From Eledone cirrhosa (Eukaryota): 64,000 nt of DNA. The stretch's first letter is position 1; the number at the start of each line of letters is the position of its first letter. The stretch is from the NCBI GenBank assembly GCA_964016885.1, contig OZ024740.1, forward strand, positions 218,860,001 through 218,924,000, written 5' to 3'. Below are positions 14,487-26,785 of the stretch, one piece after another. A program made the position numbers and the translations under genes. The notes under the pieces were generated by a model, which searched no databases, was not told the DNA's origin, and worked only from the letters and a program-made list of their open reading frames with translations.

Positions 14487-14725
14487 TTAACCCCTTTCAT
14501 ACCACCTAAAACTGTTCCTGGTTCTAGAACACAAAACTGTTTCTTTTAAAGTCTTTATATATGATTAAAACCTTCCATCATAACTTTATTTAAGAACCTA
14601 TATTAAGTTATGTTCCAAACATCAGAAAATAATGAAAAGATTATTTTACTAATGCCTCCAAATTCTTGATTATTTTCAAAATGATTTGCAAAAACGTCAT
14701 TAGAAAAAATGTAATGAAAGGGTTA
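14487..14725. mobile_element. piggyBac-type MITE family B (older; further copies near 2888-3518, 10528-10715, 11107-11270, 45805-45980, 48795-49165, 54661-54868)
   Basis: TTAACCCCTTT...AAAGGGTTAA termini; shared internal motifs (AAAACCTTCCATCATAA, TAAGAACC, GTTCCAAAC, TTATTTTACTAA, ATTATTTTCAAAAT). Confidence 0.7.
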
Positions 14726-15256
14726 ATAAAACCAAATTTTGATTTTCATTGTTAATTATAACCCCTCCCCATCCTGTTTTAACTAAAAGAAAGGTAACTT
14801 TGATGTATTGGATGTAAAAGTTAACCCTGACTATCACAGTATAATTTGTATGTTTTGTTACATATTACCACCCCTTCATATGAACTAACATTAGTTTTCA
14901 GAAGCAGCAACCCTCCAATATTCAACTAAGTAATAATAATGGTAAATTACAAGATGTATTTTCTTAATCATTAAAGCAGAAATGTTGATACTATTGTACA
15001 TATGTTGTGTTAGATAAACTGTACTGTCCCAGTATTTATGACAATATTTACAGTCTTAATTTACTCAATTTCCAGTACAGATATAGTTTCTTCACTGGAG
15101 CAATAGCCATTCTCAAAGACTAATCTTTAGTCCTTAGATTAAACTCTGAGAATATTTTACACAGATATTCTGTAGAATTGTTAGGAAAATTGCTATTTTA
15201 CATATTGAGGTATTAGATTGTGTTTATTTATTAATATATATTTATTTCTTTTGTAG

Positions 15257-15383
15257 AAAGATCCGGTGACCAATATCTTTCAGGCTGCTGAAAAACAGCT
15301 TTTTACCCTGGTCGAATGGGCCAAACGAATTCCCCACTTTACTAAATTATCTCTGGATGATCAAGTGACATTGTTGAGGGCAG
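15257..15383 (+). CDS. RXR: RXR LBD exon (helices 3-4)
   Basis: ttttgtag|AAA GAT CCG...AGG GCA G|gtatgc; 127 nt, phase 0 to 1; [42 protein letters not shown]. Absent from the ORF track. Confidence 0.96.
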
Positions 15384-17262
15384 GTATGCAGATTTGTTTT
15401 CTTTGTTTTCCTGTTCATTGATTTCTTCTGTCCACATTATTCAATATAATTTATCTTGTATTCAATTTCTGTTGTTGATCTGCATAGGACAAATTAGGGT
15501 AGTTTTGTTTATATTTAGAATGTTGGTCTTATAGTAGGATGGCCTTCCAACTATTAACAAGTGACACAAGAAGCATTTTATGGTCACTTTCCCTGTTAAA
15601 ACAGAGGGTAGCTGTCTGGGCTCTATGACAGGCTTCATACCCATTGTGGGGTTCCATTTTAAGGTAGTGTTTTACAACTGGATGCTGTTCCTGGGGCTTA
15701 ACTGTTTACTCATTTCTTATGACATGCAGAGAGACAGTGTACCCACTCCAACTAACAATTGAATCCTAACAAAATAAGGGTTCAGATAAGTAGTATTGAG
15801 TGTTTTACCACCCAGACTCAAAACAGACTTGAAATTGTGACCATGAAGCCAAATACCTTATTCTGGTATTATGTTAGATGAGAGAATGTAGTTTTAGTAT
15901 AGTTGTGAACTGAATAGCCAAACACACCACCCTATTATTAATATACTATGTTGAATGACTAGAAGCACTAGCGACTTTATTCTTCACTGTATAGTCGTCT
16001 AAATAATTTTTTTTTTAAATTGTCTATCTACATTAAACATACCTTAAATTTGACAACTCATTGTGAACTAAGTCTGTGTTGGAACTGTTGTCTTCCTAGG
16101 TGAGATGTGGATCATGTTTTGTGGCATGGTTTCTATGACTGGATTCCCGTCCTAACAATAACCAATTTGCAGAGTGGACTGGGTGCAAATATATCATGAC
16201 ACCAATATTAGGTTTTGTCCCTGACATGGCTGGAGACTTCTTTCTAACCTGAAGTGTTTCTTTTCATCTAAGAGTTGAAAGAGGCTTATTTTTTTCTCTT
16301 TATCTTCCAATTATATCATTGCCTTGCACTAACTATTGCACATACAAAAACAAAAGTTTATTGGTGTATAATATGTGTATGTATGGACCTGTCACTCTCA
16401 CTGGAGTCTGTGTGGCATATAGTATGTCTTGGGCACTTTAAACTTGGCACAGATGATTCACTCTCTGGGTCTCAGGCAGATATCATTCATTCATAAAGGA
16501 GATAGACAGACAGGGAGAAAAAGATATAGAGAAAGAATTTACTGGATTGGTGCTTTTCTTTAGAAATCAATTTTGGAGGCTGAATTAAGTGCAATAATTG
16601 CAGGACCTGGCACATTACTGCACCAGCTTCAGCATTTGGTCATCAGAAAGTGAAACTAGCTATTGGTGCTAACCCTTACCTATGGTCATGAAACTTTGGT
16701 AATGACTGAAAGAATATAATAGTAAATACAAGTGACCAAAATGGGGTTCCTCTGAAGGGTCTGAGTAACTTTACTCGATAGTGCATAGCTCAGGTCAGTG
16801 TCACTCCAAGTATTGCAGCTACATCCCCAAATTAGGGGACCACGGCTCTGATACTACAGACATGTTAAAATGTCTTTAAAATAAACAATCGCTGGACAAA
16901 TTTTGCAGGCGAAACCAACCGGCATGAGGCCCAAGGGTAGACCCCCCCCCCCCCCCAGCAAGATGTTTGGATAACATACAGCAGGATCAATTGGAGACTT
17001 GCTTCTGACAGGTATCATTGGAAGGTGTATTTGAAGACCCACCCCACCCCGACACACACGCACACGCGCGCGCCTCCCAGGAATAAATGGGATTTGAATT
17101 TGGCGAGCAGAGGCGAATGAATATTGTAAATCATTTTAGATGATTTTCATGTTTCTGCCACAGCCTTCGCTACCGGGGAGCCAAGTATATAGTTGGTGTA
17201 TCAATATATATATACACACATACAACCATGCTAGCTTGGAAGATGGATGTTAAATGATGATG

Positions 17263-17295
<33 letters not shown>

Positions 17296-20200
17296 TGATG
17301 AGGTATCAAATTTTCATTAAGTTTATTCAGGTGTGATGTGCAATTCGTGATTGATCAGCTCAAGGTTTGAATCTCTATTCTAGAGTCTGGCCTGATAGCA
17401 GAGATTGAATCTTGAGCTGGTTAATTGCGAAACGCATGTCACACCTGAATAAACTTAAGGAAAATCTGACGCCCTCGTCCATACGGTGGATTGGCAGTAT
17501 CGGTAGAGGGTCGGACGCCATGCTTTACAGCATAGTTACGTCCCTTTACAATCTGAGTTCAAATCCCGCCGAGGTTGACTTTGCCTTTCATCCTTACGGG
17601 GTCGATAAAATAAAGTACCAGTAGTGCACTGGGTAATTGCTGGCCTTGTGCCTAAAGTAGAAACAATTAATATTACACTCTGCTTAATACAACCCTGAAG
17701 TGCCTACTGGAGACTACGCATCGAGTGGTGCTCAGTTTGGTAAACCAACAGTAACTTGACGTTACAATCCCTAAATTTTATATATATATATATATAATAT
17801 ATATAATTTTAGATGTAGTGATACACCAATTGAGAATGGAAATGTGAATTGTTTGGTGGATGAGGGGAGTATCATTCAGAAAGAGAAATACAAACAATGC
17901 TGTGTAGAGAATAATGGGAATAGAATCAGTGATGGATGTTGTGAAAGGAAATAGAATGAGATGACTAGGTCATGTGTTGAGGAAGGATGAAAATGACCAG
18001 GTGAGAGGAGTAGTTGAACTGAAATGTTGAGGGGGGGGGGGGGGGAGATCAAGAAAGACATGACTAAAAATGATGGGAATGGAAATGAAAGCAAAGGGGC
18101 TGGTGATGGGCAAGAGGCCAAAATGGAGAAGCTTGTTTGCAAGGTTAACTTTTGCTTTAGCAGGGAAAATGGACTTAATACACTTGTATTATTATTATCT
18201 AATTTTTACTTGTAATATTTCAGGCTGGAATGAATTGCTAATTGCTGGTTTTTCTCATCGCTCTATACCTGTCAAAGATGGTATCTTGTTAGCCACTGGC
18301 ATTCATGTTCATCGAAGCAGTGCACACCATGCTGGTGTAGGTACTATTTTTGACAGAGTTCTTTCTGAACTGGTTGCTAAAATGAGGGAAATGAAGATGG
18401 ACAAATCAGAATTAGGATGTTTACGGGCAATTGTGCTCTTCAACCCTGGTAAGCTAATTAACATTTTTGTAATCATATTTCTCATGAAAGACACCGTTGA
18501 GAATTTTTCAAATAATTTTTTAAGCAATCAAAAATTTGTGGATTAAAATATGGGACTTAATAATAATGAAATTATTGTGTACAGTGCTCAGGTGCACTAC
18601 AACTCATCAAAGGTGCATGTATAGTACATAGAATAATGTACAAATGTCAGGAAAATGAACAGTGTATGAGTCATGATATAATAACAATAACAATAATGAA
18701 ATATTGTGTACAGTGCCCAGGTGCACCACAACTCATCAAAAAAGTGCATGTACAGTACATAGGGCAATGCACAAACATCAGTAAAATGAACAGTGCACGA
18801 GTCATGATACACACGTGTGCATGTGTATGGAAGGGGTACATCAGGTGTAGTTTTGGCGTATTTCGGGAAGCATGAGTGTCTTAAAGGATGCAGTGTCTCG
18901 GCAGCTAACAATTGACGCAGGCAGTTTGTTCCATGCTTCAGCAACTCTGAGCGTGAAAAAATGTCTGCGAAAGTCATGGGAGTTGTGCTGTTTTCTTATC
19001 TTGTAGGCATGTCCACATGTGTTAGACACATGGAGATCAAAGAGGCGCTCAGGGTTGCAGTTGGCGAGATGGTTAAAAACTTTGTGGGTATTCACCAAGT
19101 CCATTGCCAGACGTCGGAGCTTCAATGAATCCATGCCCAGGGAAGCAAGGCGTTCAGAGTATGGTAGGTGTCTGATGGAGGGTATGCGCTTGGTTGCACA
19201 TCTCTGAACAGTTTCCAGGAGGTCAATGTTCCGAGCAAGATAGGGGTTCCAGACTGATGATGCGAATTCCAAGTGTGGTCGCACCATAGCTGTATACAGT
19301 TTTAAATAGATGGCTGGAGAGCGGCTAACAAAGGTCCTGCTGAGTGATGCCAAGACACCCTCGGCCTTCTTGACAATTTTAGAGACATGCTTTGTCCAAC
19401 GCAAATCGTTGCTGACAGTAATGCCCAGGTCACGTTCACAAGAGGACTTTTTGATGTCAGTGTTGTGGAGGGAGTATGTGGACGCTGGATTTTTCCTTCC
19501 AAAATGCATGGTGGTACACTTGTCCACAGCCAGCTTCAGTTGCCAGTCTGTGATCCATTGCTGCATTGTGTCCAGGTCTGATTGTAGGAAAGAGTTGTAA
19601 ATTTCAGGATCAGTCCTTTTGATTTCAAGGTACAGCTTGATGTCATCTGTATATTTTAGTACCGTGGCATTCTGTAAGTTGGCATCTATGTCATTAATAT
19701 ATGCCACAAACAAAAGAGGACTTGTTTGGATGTAGTCTTTGATTTTCTGATGAGGTCATATCATAACATACCGTGAATTATCTCCCCTACTTAAAATATA
19801 ACAAAATAAATAGAAATAAAAGCTTTCGACGAAGAAATTTTAGTCTGATAGTGGGGTTTAGAACCCTCTAAGAAATGGAAAAAAGATGAGTATTGACGTA
19901 CATGGGAGCCGAACCCACATCTTTGGTTATCAAAATAATATTAATTAATGACGAAAATATTACCTTTTGATGTACCTTGCACTAAATATGTCAACTTGTC
20001 TATTGTTTTTCATGTAGATGATGTCTGTCTGTTCTCTTCTAAATAATTCTTTCTATTTCTACAGCAACTAATATATGAACATTCTTGTTCATTGAATGCC
20101 CATCACAACTCTGGAGTTGTCTCCCCTACTTAAGCGAAATAATTAAAATACCAGCATGACTAGAAGTTCCATGATTTATATTTTTCTATTTAAAGGGCGG

Positions 20201-23200
20201 GGAATTGGCAGTATCGGTAGACAGTCGGACGCCATGCTTTCTAGCATAGTTACGTCCCTTTACAGTCTGAGTTCAAATCCCGCCGAGGTTAACTTTGCCT
20301 TTCATCCTTACGGGGTCGATGTAATGTACTGGGTAATTGCTGGCCTTGTGCCTAAAGTAGAAACAATTATTTCTATTTTAATGAACAAATTTATAAGTTA
20401 TCGATCTTTATGACATTATTAAATATTTTGTTTATGTCTCCAATTTCATTCAAAGTCGTTTAAAGTGAAATCATGAAAAAAAAAAGAACAATTTTATAGA
20501 TGAAATGGCAGATTGTATGATGCCTGTATACGAACAGCAATGCTACATTGCAGTGAGACATGGGCATTGCGTGCAGAGGACCTGCGCAGAATGGAAAGAA
20601 ACGAAGCATGCATGCTCCGTTGGATGTGTAATAGTAATATGCGTGAACGGCAAAGCATAAATAAACTAAGTGAGAAATTAGGAATAAGAGGGATCAGAAG
20701 ACTACGTTGGTATGGCCACATGATGCGCATGAAAGACGAGAGCTGCATAAAAAAGTGCAGGTCGATCAAAATTGATGGTAGTTACGGAGTAGGTAGACCC
20801 AGAAAAACCTGGAACGATCTGATAAATTCCGACCTTACACACTTGCACCTCTCTAAGACAATGTCACTGGACCGAGATCTTTGGCGCTACACAGTAATAC
20901 AGAAGACCCGCCTTGCCTATGTACAAAGCGAAACCTACAGTCAATAGGCACCTCATAACCAAATATACACCCCAATCCACTACCACTACCCTATCCTTCC
21001 ACTCCCACCAACACCACCCTTTTTCTGTAAAGTAGGTACCACAACATCCAGTCCAAATAAATGAGATAGAGATCGGGTAGGTGTCACAACAAAAAAAACA
21101 AAAAAACTCAGTCCACGCTGTAATGTGGCCGTGTAGGTAACACGGTAAAAAATTCCCAGTTCCACACTGTAAATGTGGTTGGTGTTAGGAAGGGCATCCA
21201 GCCGTAGAAAGCCTGCCAGATAGTCCTATATGAGCGAGACACGGTCACCTGACCAACCTTGCCTCAAGTGGCACAACTCCCGTCTAACCCATGCTAGCGT
21301 GGAAGATGGACGTTAAATGATGATGATGATGATGATATATATATATAAAATTATATATTCATGTACAGATATTTTTGCATACACAATAACAAAATATAAA
21401 CAAACGTATTTATTTCACGAGACTCGATAAGGATAAATATATATCAAATATATAAGAACCCTAGAGCAAATCCCGAGCAATGCCGGGCCATTCTGTTAGT
21501 ATTAACTAAAAGATGGTGTAGTTGCCTTCTTAGGATTTAGCATCTGGGGTGGGGGAGCTTACTTTATCATCTGTGAGCTTGAGAAGAAGGTTTGGAAATT
21601 TTAACCCTTTAATGTTCAAACCGGCCAGAATTCTCTACCCTTTTCTGTTGAAACTGGCTGTAACTGGTCAGTCAAACTGATGTTAAGGTATTGTTCACAA
21701 AATAAATACTTTCAAAATCTCATAGATTCGATATTATGTGAGTTAAAGCATTTACCATGAAAATACAATAGTAAATATAGAGTAATGTGAATGCTAAAGG
21801 GTTAATAGAATATCACATAATGGTTGAGGAAAAGTAAATATCAAGATTCTGGTGAATTGGTAGAAGTGTTAGAGTATCAGATAAAGTGTCTTGCCGTATT
21901 TATTCTGATTTCAAACCCCACCAAGATCAACTTTGCTTTTTATCCTTCCCGGAATAGATGAAGTACCAGACTGGTGAACTCAGAGCACCATATAGGATGC
22001 CCTGCAGTATTCGTTCCATAATTTTGCTGTGGTAGACATCATCTGTCATTCAGCTTAACTCAACCTCCTGCCCCTTGGGTGCCTTTAGCAGAGTCCACTC
22101 TGTTATAAATATTTGGATCAGGCCCCTGATTAGAGACCAGTTACTTAGGGAGTACTGCTTTTACCTCCCCTCATTAAACAATACAAAAGAAAACAAATGT
22201 TTCGGGGATTATATTTTTGGTAGATACATTTTCTTTGAACTAAATTTTAAATTGATGTTCATTTTTATGAAGCTGAAAATTATCATGGGTTACCATTCCC
22301 TGTTGAACGAACAATAAACTGATCAAGAAATAGAAATTAGACAATTTGTCATCTCCATTTTCTTTCGTAAAACTAACATGTGAGCCATATAGCATACTTA
22401 ATGTTTTTATTCTCTCATGTTCTTCTTGAGTCTTTATTTATTTAGCTTGTTATTACTAATCTGTATGTAATGTTATTATTACTAACCTATATGTAATAAT
22501 ATTATTAACCTGTATGGCAGTGGATTGGCAGAATAGTTAGTGTCAGTAAAATGCTTCATAGTGTTTCGTTACAGCTCTTTATGTTCCAAGTTCAAAACCT
22601 GCCGAGATTAGCTTTGCCTTTCATTCTTACGTGATCAATAAAATTACCAGTAATGCACTGGGGTTGATTTATTCAACTTTCCCCTCCTTCAAATTGTTGG
22701 CTTTGTGCCTAAATCAGAAACCATTAACCTTTGATAGGTAGTGTTACTTCTTGGGGTTTTTTTTTTAATGTGTTACCTAAAGAGTTCCCATTTTGTATAT
22801 AAGAGTAAAATCTTATCAATAATTAATAAATTGTTTGGCTGCCTTCTTCTACTTATTCTACTCTTTCACGTTATCTTGTCCATGTGACAGCAAATAGACA
22901 AATTATATTTTGATTCTGCAAACTTAAGTTAGTTATTTTACACCTGTTTTTCCATGCCATGTATGGATTAAGCAAAACCTGGAGCTTATCTCTGTTTCAT
23001 GAAGTGAATAAGATTACAAGACTCCTGCCTGGATAGAAACTCATTGTCATATTTCCAGACTGCCACTGGTATGCATTGTCAGTCAAATAGACTGGAGCAA
23101 TGTGAAATAAAGTGTGTTGCTTAAGGGCACAATGTGTCTCTACACGACTTTGATCTTGGTGCCCAAGACCCCCAACCTGTATGTTGTTTATGCTTAAATA

Positions 23201-23509
23201 ACACTCAATGCTACTGTTTTTGTTTATAATTAACATTATGTAATTGTCTTTTCAGATGCTAAAGGCTTGGTTTCAACACAAGAGGTTGAATCTCTGAGAG
23301 AAAAGGTTTATGCCAGTTTAGAGGAATATTGCAAATGTCAATACCCAGAAGAAACTGGCCGCTTTGCCAAACTCCTATTGCGTTTGCCTGCACTGAGAAG
23401 CATTGGACTAAAGTGTCTGGAGCACTTGTTTTTCTTCAAACTTATAGGGGACACTCCAATTGATACATTCTTGATGGAAATGTTAGAAACACCCAGTCCT
23501 CAAACATAG
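15257..23509 (+). CDS. RXR: Retinoid X receptor (NR2B), 3' part: ligand-binding domain, join(15257..15383,18224..18448,23256..23509); 5' exons outside window
   Basis: Spliced translation [28 protein letters not shown]...LLRAG|[13 protein letters not shown]...[10 protein letters not shown]|DAKGL...[49 protein letters not shown] is near-colinear with the RXR LBD including the AF-2 helix; all junctions GT-AG with compatible phases. Confidence 0.97.
17484..17670 (+). mobile_element. tRNA-derived SINE family 1
   Basis: Near-identical to 2427-2625. Confidence 0.88.
18224..18448 (+). CDS. RXR: RXR LBD exon (helix 5 to 8)
   Basis: atttcag|GC TGG AAT GAA...AAC CCT G|gtaagc; 225 nt; [26 protein letters not shown]...[13 protein letters not shown]. 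Confidence 0.97.
18558..19720 (-). mobile_element. 5'-truncated CR1-type LINE (RT C-terminal half + 3' UTR) with a second short 3' end abutting it
   Basis: ORF 18841..19713: YINDI...YTDDIKLY...ERDLG...VRPHLEF...[10 protein letters not shown]; the ~120-bp 3' UTR segment occurs twice (18558-18680 and 18681-18810). Confidence 0.92.
20195..20370 (+). mobile_element. tRNA-derived SINE family 1 (small internal deletion)
   Basis: Same A/B boxes and core. Confidence 0.86.
20499..21334 (+). mobile_element. 5'-truncated RTE-clade LINE (ORF C-terminus + 3' UTR, (GAT)n tail)
   Basis: [17 protein letters not shown]...[10 protein letters not shown]...GRPRKTW; 3' end ...GGACGTTAAA(TGA)n; close paralog of 57635-58918. 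Confidence 0.92.
21440..21500 (+). mobile_element. Possible Helitron 3' terminus
   Basis: CCCGAGCAATGCCGGG hairpin-like motif about 10 nt before a degenerate CTAGT (TTAGT). Confidence 0.3.
21601..21805. mobile_element. piggyBac-type MITE family A
   Basis: TTAACCCTTT...GCTAAAGGGTTAA, internal similarity to other copies. Confidence 0.85.
22516..22725 (+). mobile_element. tRNA-derived SINE family 1, older subfamily
   Basis: Diverged A/B boxes and core; longer 3' part. Confidence 0.72.
23256..23509 (+). CDS. RXR: RXR last coding exon (helices 9-12)
   Basis: cttttcag|AT GCT AAA GGC...ACA TAG; contains [23 protein letters not shown] and FLMEMLE. Confidence 0.97.
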
Positions 23510-23967
23510 ACATTTTATAAAAGACTAAAAGTTGAGAAATGTGAAACTTGCCCAACACTACCACCACCACCAACCATACACAATACTACTTCTGTGACAT
23601 TTACCCCTCCCCCTCTTCACTATACATCACATCACTGTTGGCTCCACGAAATGACGGCAGTAGATTACCAAATTATATACTGCCCTGCTACTGTATTTGG
23701 AATTGGGATAATTTACATGTAAATGATACTCCACCCACTCCTCCACCAAGCTGCATCGTCTCCCCAAAATAAATCCTGGTGCATATTCGAAGCTTCCTAT
23801 GAAATTCATTTTTCCCCTCTTCCCTCCCCATCTATATTGCTGAATTTACTGCTGCTCCAGACATAACTTGTATATTATCTCTAGCCAACCTTACCTGAAA
23901 CATTGTCTGCTCAACATTAAAGGAAGGCACTAAATGAAATCACCACAGCAACACACACACACACACG

Positions 23968-24012
<45 letters not shown>

Positions 24013-25263
24013 TATTTTTATTTGTTAACTCCTCAATCCATACTCCTATGTAAACTGCTTACTTCAGGATAGCTCTTATTTCTACACATTTCCACTTGTC
24101 ATGTAAAATATCTTGGTATATATGTGAAAGTAATTCCATTATTATCAGTGATTTCAATTCATCAAATCTCATTTGGTTGCTTCTTTCTTCAACAGACAAT
24201 TGTCAAGAATACTTCTTTAACTATTTTATTTTCTCAAATGTGAAAAGGAGTTGTTGGCATCATAGCCAATTAAAAATTCTCTTTTTACTTTAATTGTAAT
24301 TTATTTCCTGCTTAATTATCCAAGCACATAGTTGTAAGTAACTGTCTCTATCCCGTTGTAATGTTGCCAGTCACTTGCACTGAATACAATAAAAAGATAA
24401 GCAGCTGTGACAGTAAGAAATCAACTTTGATGGCAGTCAGACAGCAATTTTTTGATAATCTAATGAGCCCTACATTCTCCTTCATCTCATCTTAAACGAC
24501 AACCACCTTTGATCTCATTTACTGCCTAAACTTTTGCTTTTGGACATCAAGTTTAGCATCTGTATGAGATATTCTATATTATAAACACTGGCTTATTGGT
24601 TTTAAGTGTTTTTTCTCAATCGAATGTTTTATTTACTGTGCTTCTAAACTTTGTAATTCTCAAGTTTAGTCCATGGTTTCAAGTTCTTAAAAGATCAGAG
24701 AATTTAATGAGGGGAATAAAATTATCCTGGCTACAAATTCTTAAAGTATGGATGATAGCAAGAGTAGAGAATATTAAAAATCAAAGATGTCTTTCTACTA
24801 CTGTTAAATTTGTTCTATGTGCCACTTTGAAAGTTATTAAACCCTTCAGATGTGTTTTCATGGTGCTCTCCCCACTTTCTGCTTCATTTTATCACAATTA
24901 ACAGTAGTTGGCTTTCCAACTTTCTGGAATGATTTTCCACAGAAAATTGAAGTAAAGAATGTTTACCTCCCCTTGTCACATCAGCTTGCTGCAGTAAAGT
25001 TAGGCCAGATTTGAGTAGAAGTGCAAAATCGATTTTTTTTTTTTCCCCTCCCCCAAAATTGTTTTTGAATTCATGACTTTTTATAAGTTGAATATTGAAG
25101 CTAGAAGGGAGTGGACAAAGTTACATCTGGCTTCCTGAATTCTCTTGCCATTCTGAACAGGTATTATTTTGCACCAATCAAAAAAAAAAAATGAATAAAC
25201 CTTGATCCTAATTGTCCAGTATTGTTAACACTTTGCCCTATATCAGCAACAAAATGTATTTGT

Positions 25264-25269
25264 AATAAA
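25264..25269 (+). promoter_or_regulatory. Probable RXR polyadenylation signal (AATAAA)
   Basis: AATAAA followed by GT/T-rich sequence at the end of a TE-free ~1.75 kb stretch after the stop; another AATAAA near 24388. Confidence 0.35.
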
Positions 25270-25562
25270 AGATTATATAATCAGTGTATTTCTGTAAGTT
25301 GTTATACTTTAAAATTTGTGTCATTCTTGACTTACCCATCACAGGTTATGCTCAGAGCTTATAATTAATAGCATGAGTGATCCATCAAGATAGCAAAGCA
25401 GGTAACTAAATCCTTTTCAAGGGCATGTGACACCAAGGAGGGGGGGGGGGGGGGGTCACCTGGCCATAGAATACTGCCGTTAAAAAAAAATTGTCTAGGT
25501 TTACACTCAGTATGTTGAGTACCTAAAAAATCTCTTAATACTGGGGCCCTATATGATAAAAA

Positions 25563-26305
25563 TGCTCAGGTGCACTACTACTCAAAGGTGCATGTATAGT
25601 ACATAGAATAATGTACAAATGTCAGAAAAATGAACAGTGTATGAGTCGTGATATCCACATACATGCATGTGTATGTATGGAGGGGGAATATGTAGTGTTG
25701 GTGAATTTCATGAAGCATGGAAGTTTTGAAAGATGCAGTGTCCTGACAGCTAACAACTGATGCAGGTGAAAAATGTTTCCAAAAGTCATGGTAACTGTGC
25801 TGTTTTCTGACTTTGTAGGCATGCCCACAGGTGTTAGACATATGGAATTCAAAAAGGTGCTCAGGGTTGTTGGTAGACGAGATTATTAACCTTCTTGCCA
25901 ACAAGTTAGTTGACAGACGTCAGAGCTTTAATGTATCCATGCCCAGAGAATCAAGGCATTCAGAGTACAGTAGATGCCTGATGGAGAGTATTTGTTCAGT
26001 TGCATGTCTCTGAACAGTTTCCAGGTCAATATTCTGAACAAGATAGGGGTTTCAGACTGGTGATGCAAATTCTAACCGTGGCTGCACCATAGCTATATAG
26101 AGAGTGGCTGACAAGGTCTTACTGAATGATGCTAAGTCACTCTTGGCCTTCTTGACAATTGTAGAGATGTGATTTGTCCAACACAAATCACTGTAGACAG
26201 AAATGCCCAGGTCATGTTCACATGATGACTTTTTGAGATTAATGTTGTGGAGTATGTGAACGCTGGGCTTTTCCTCCCAAAATGCCTGGTGGTACACTTG
26301 TCCAT
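25563..26305 (-). mobile_element. Degenerate CR1-type LINE fragment, same family as 18.6-19.7 kb copy
   Basis: Colinear nucleotide similarity and broken peptides ([33 protein letters not shown]). Confidence 0.88.
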
Positions 26306-26785
26306 GATGTCACTATTTTTCTGATGATAGGTGGGACTTGAACTCAATGAATGATACTGCAGGTTATCGAGTCCAATGCTTTGGATTGCTCCTTTTGACC
26401 CAGAAAGACAAAGTTGAGCACTGGCATTCTTCCTGATAACCAACATGGAAAAGTGAATGTAAAAACAATGACACAATTTCTAGTGGTTGTGGTGCATATT
26501 TCGAAGAAAAATCAAAAAGTGGATGCTTTCGACTAATCACTACAGGACCATTGGCAATATGTAACCTACATCAGTGCATGGCTTAGCAAGCTGAGATCTT
26601 CATTCCCTCACATATCAGGTAAATTTCAAGTTATCCCCTCCCCATTTAACAATTGTGAAAACACCTGGTCACTTTAAACAAACCAGACCACCAGCCTAGC
26701 CTGCTGTGTCACTTTAATATTACTGGTCAACAAAAGAGACCTGTTCTAGAGTAATTATGGCCACTAAGTTTCAAAATGACAATAC

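Noticed and set aside
18070-18223. N-terminal extension of ORF 18070..18546
   Set aside because: Intronic (decayed RTE-like tail); RXR similarity starts exactly at the AG acceptor 18223/18224 and ends at the donor 18448.
25438-25455. Long poly-G/poly-C runs (also 2088, 13126, 16943, 18030, 47234) as G-quadruplex elements
   Set aside because: Simple homopolymers, common in this genome and prone to sequencing error; no further support.
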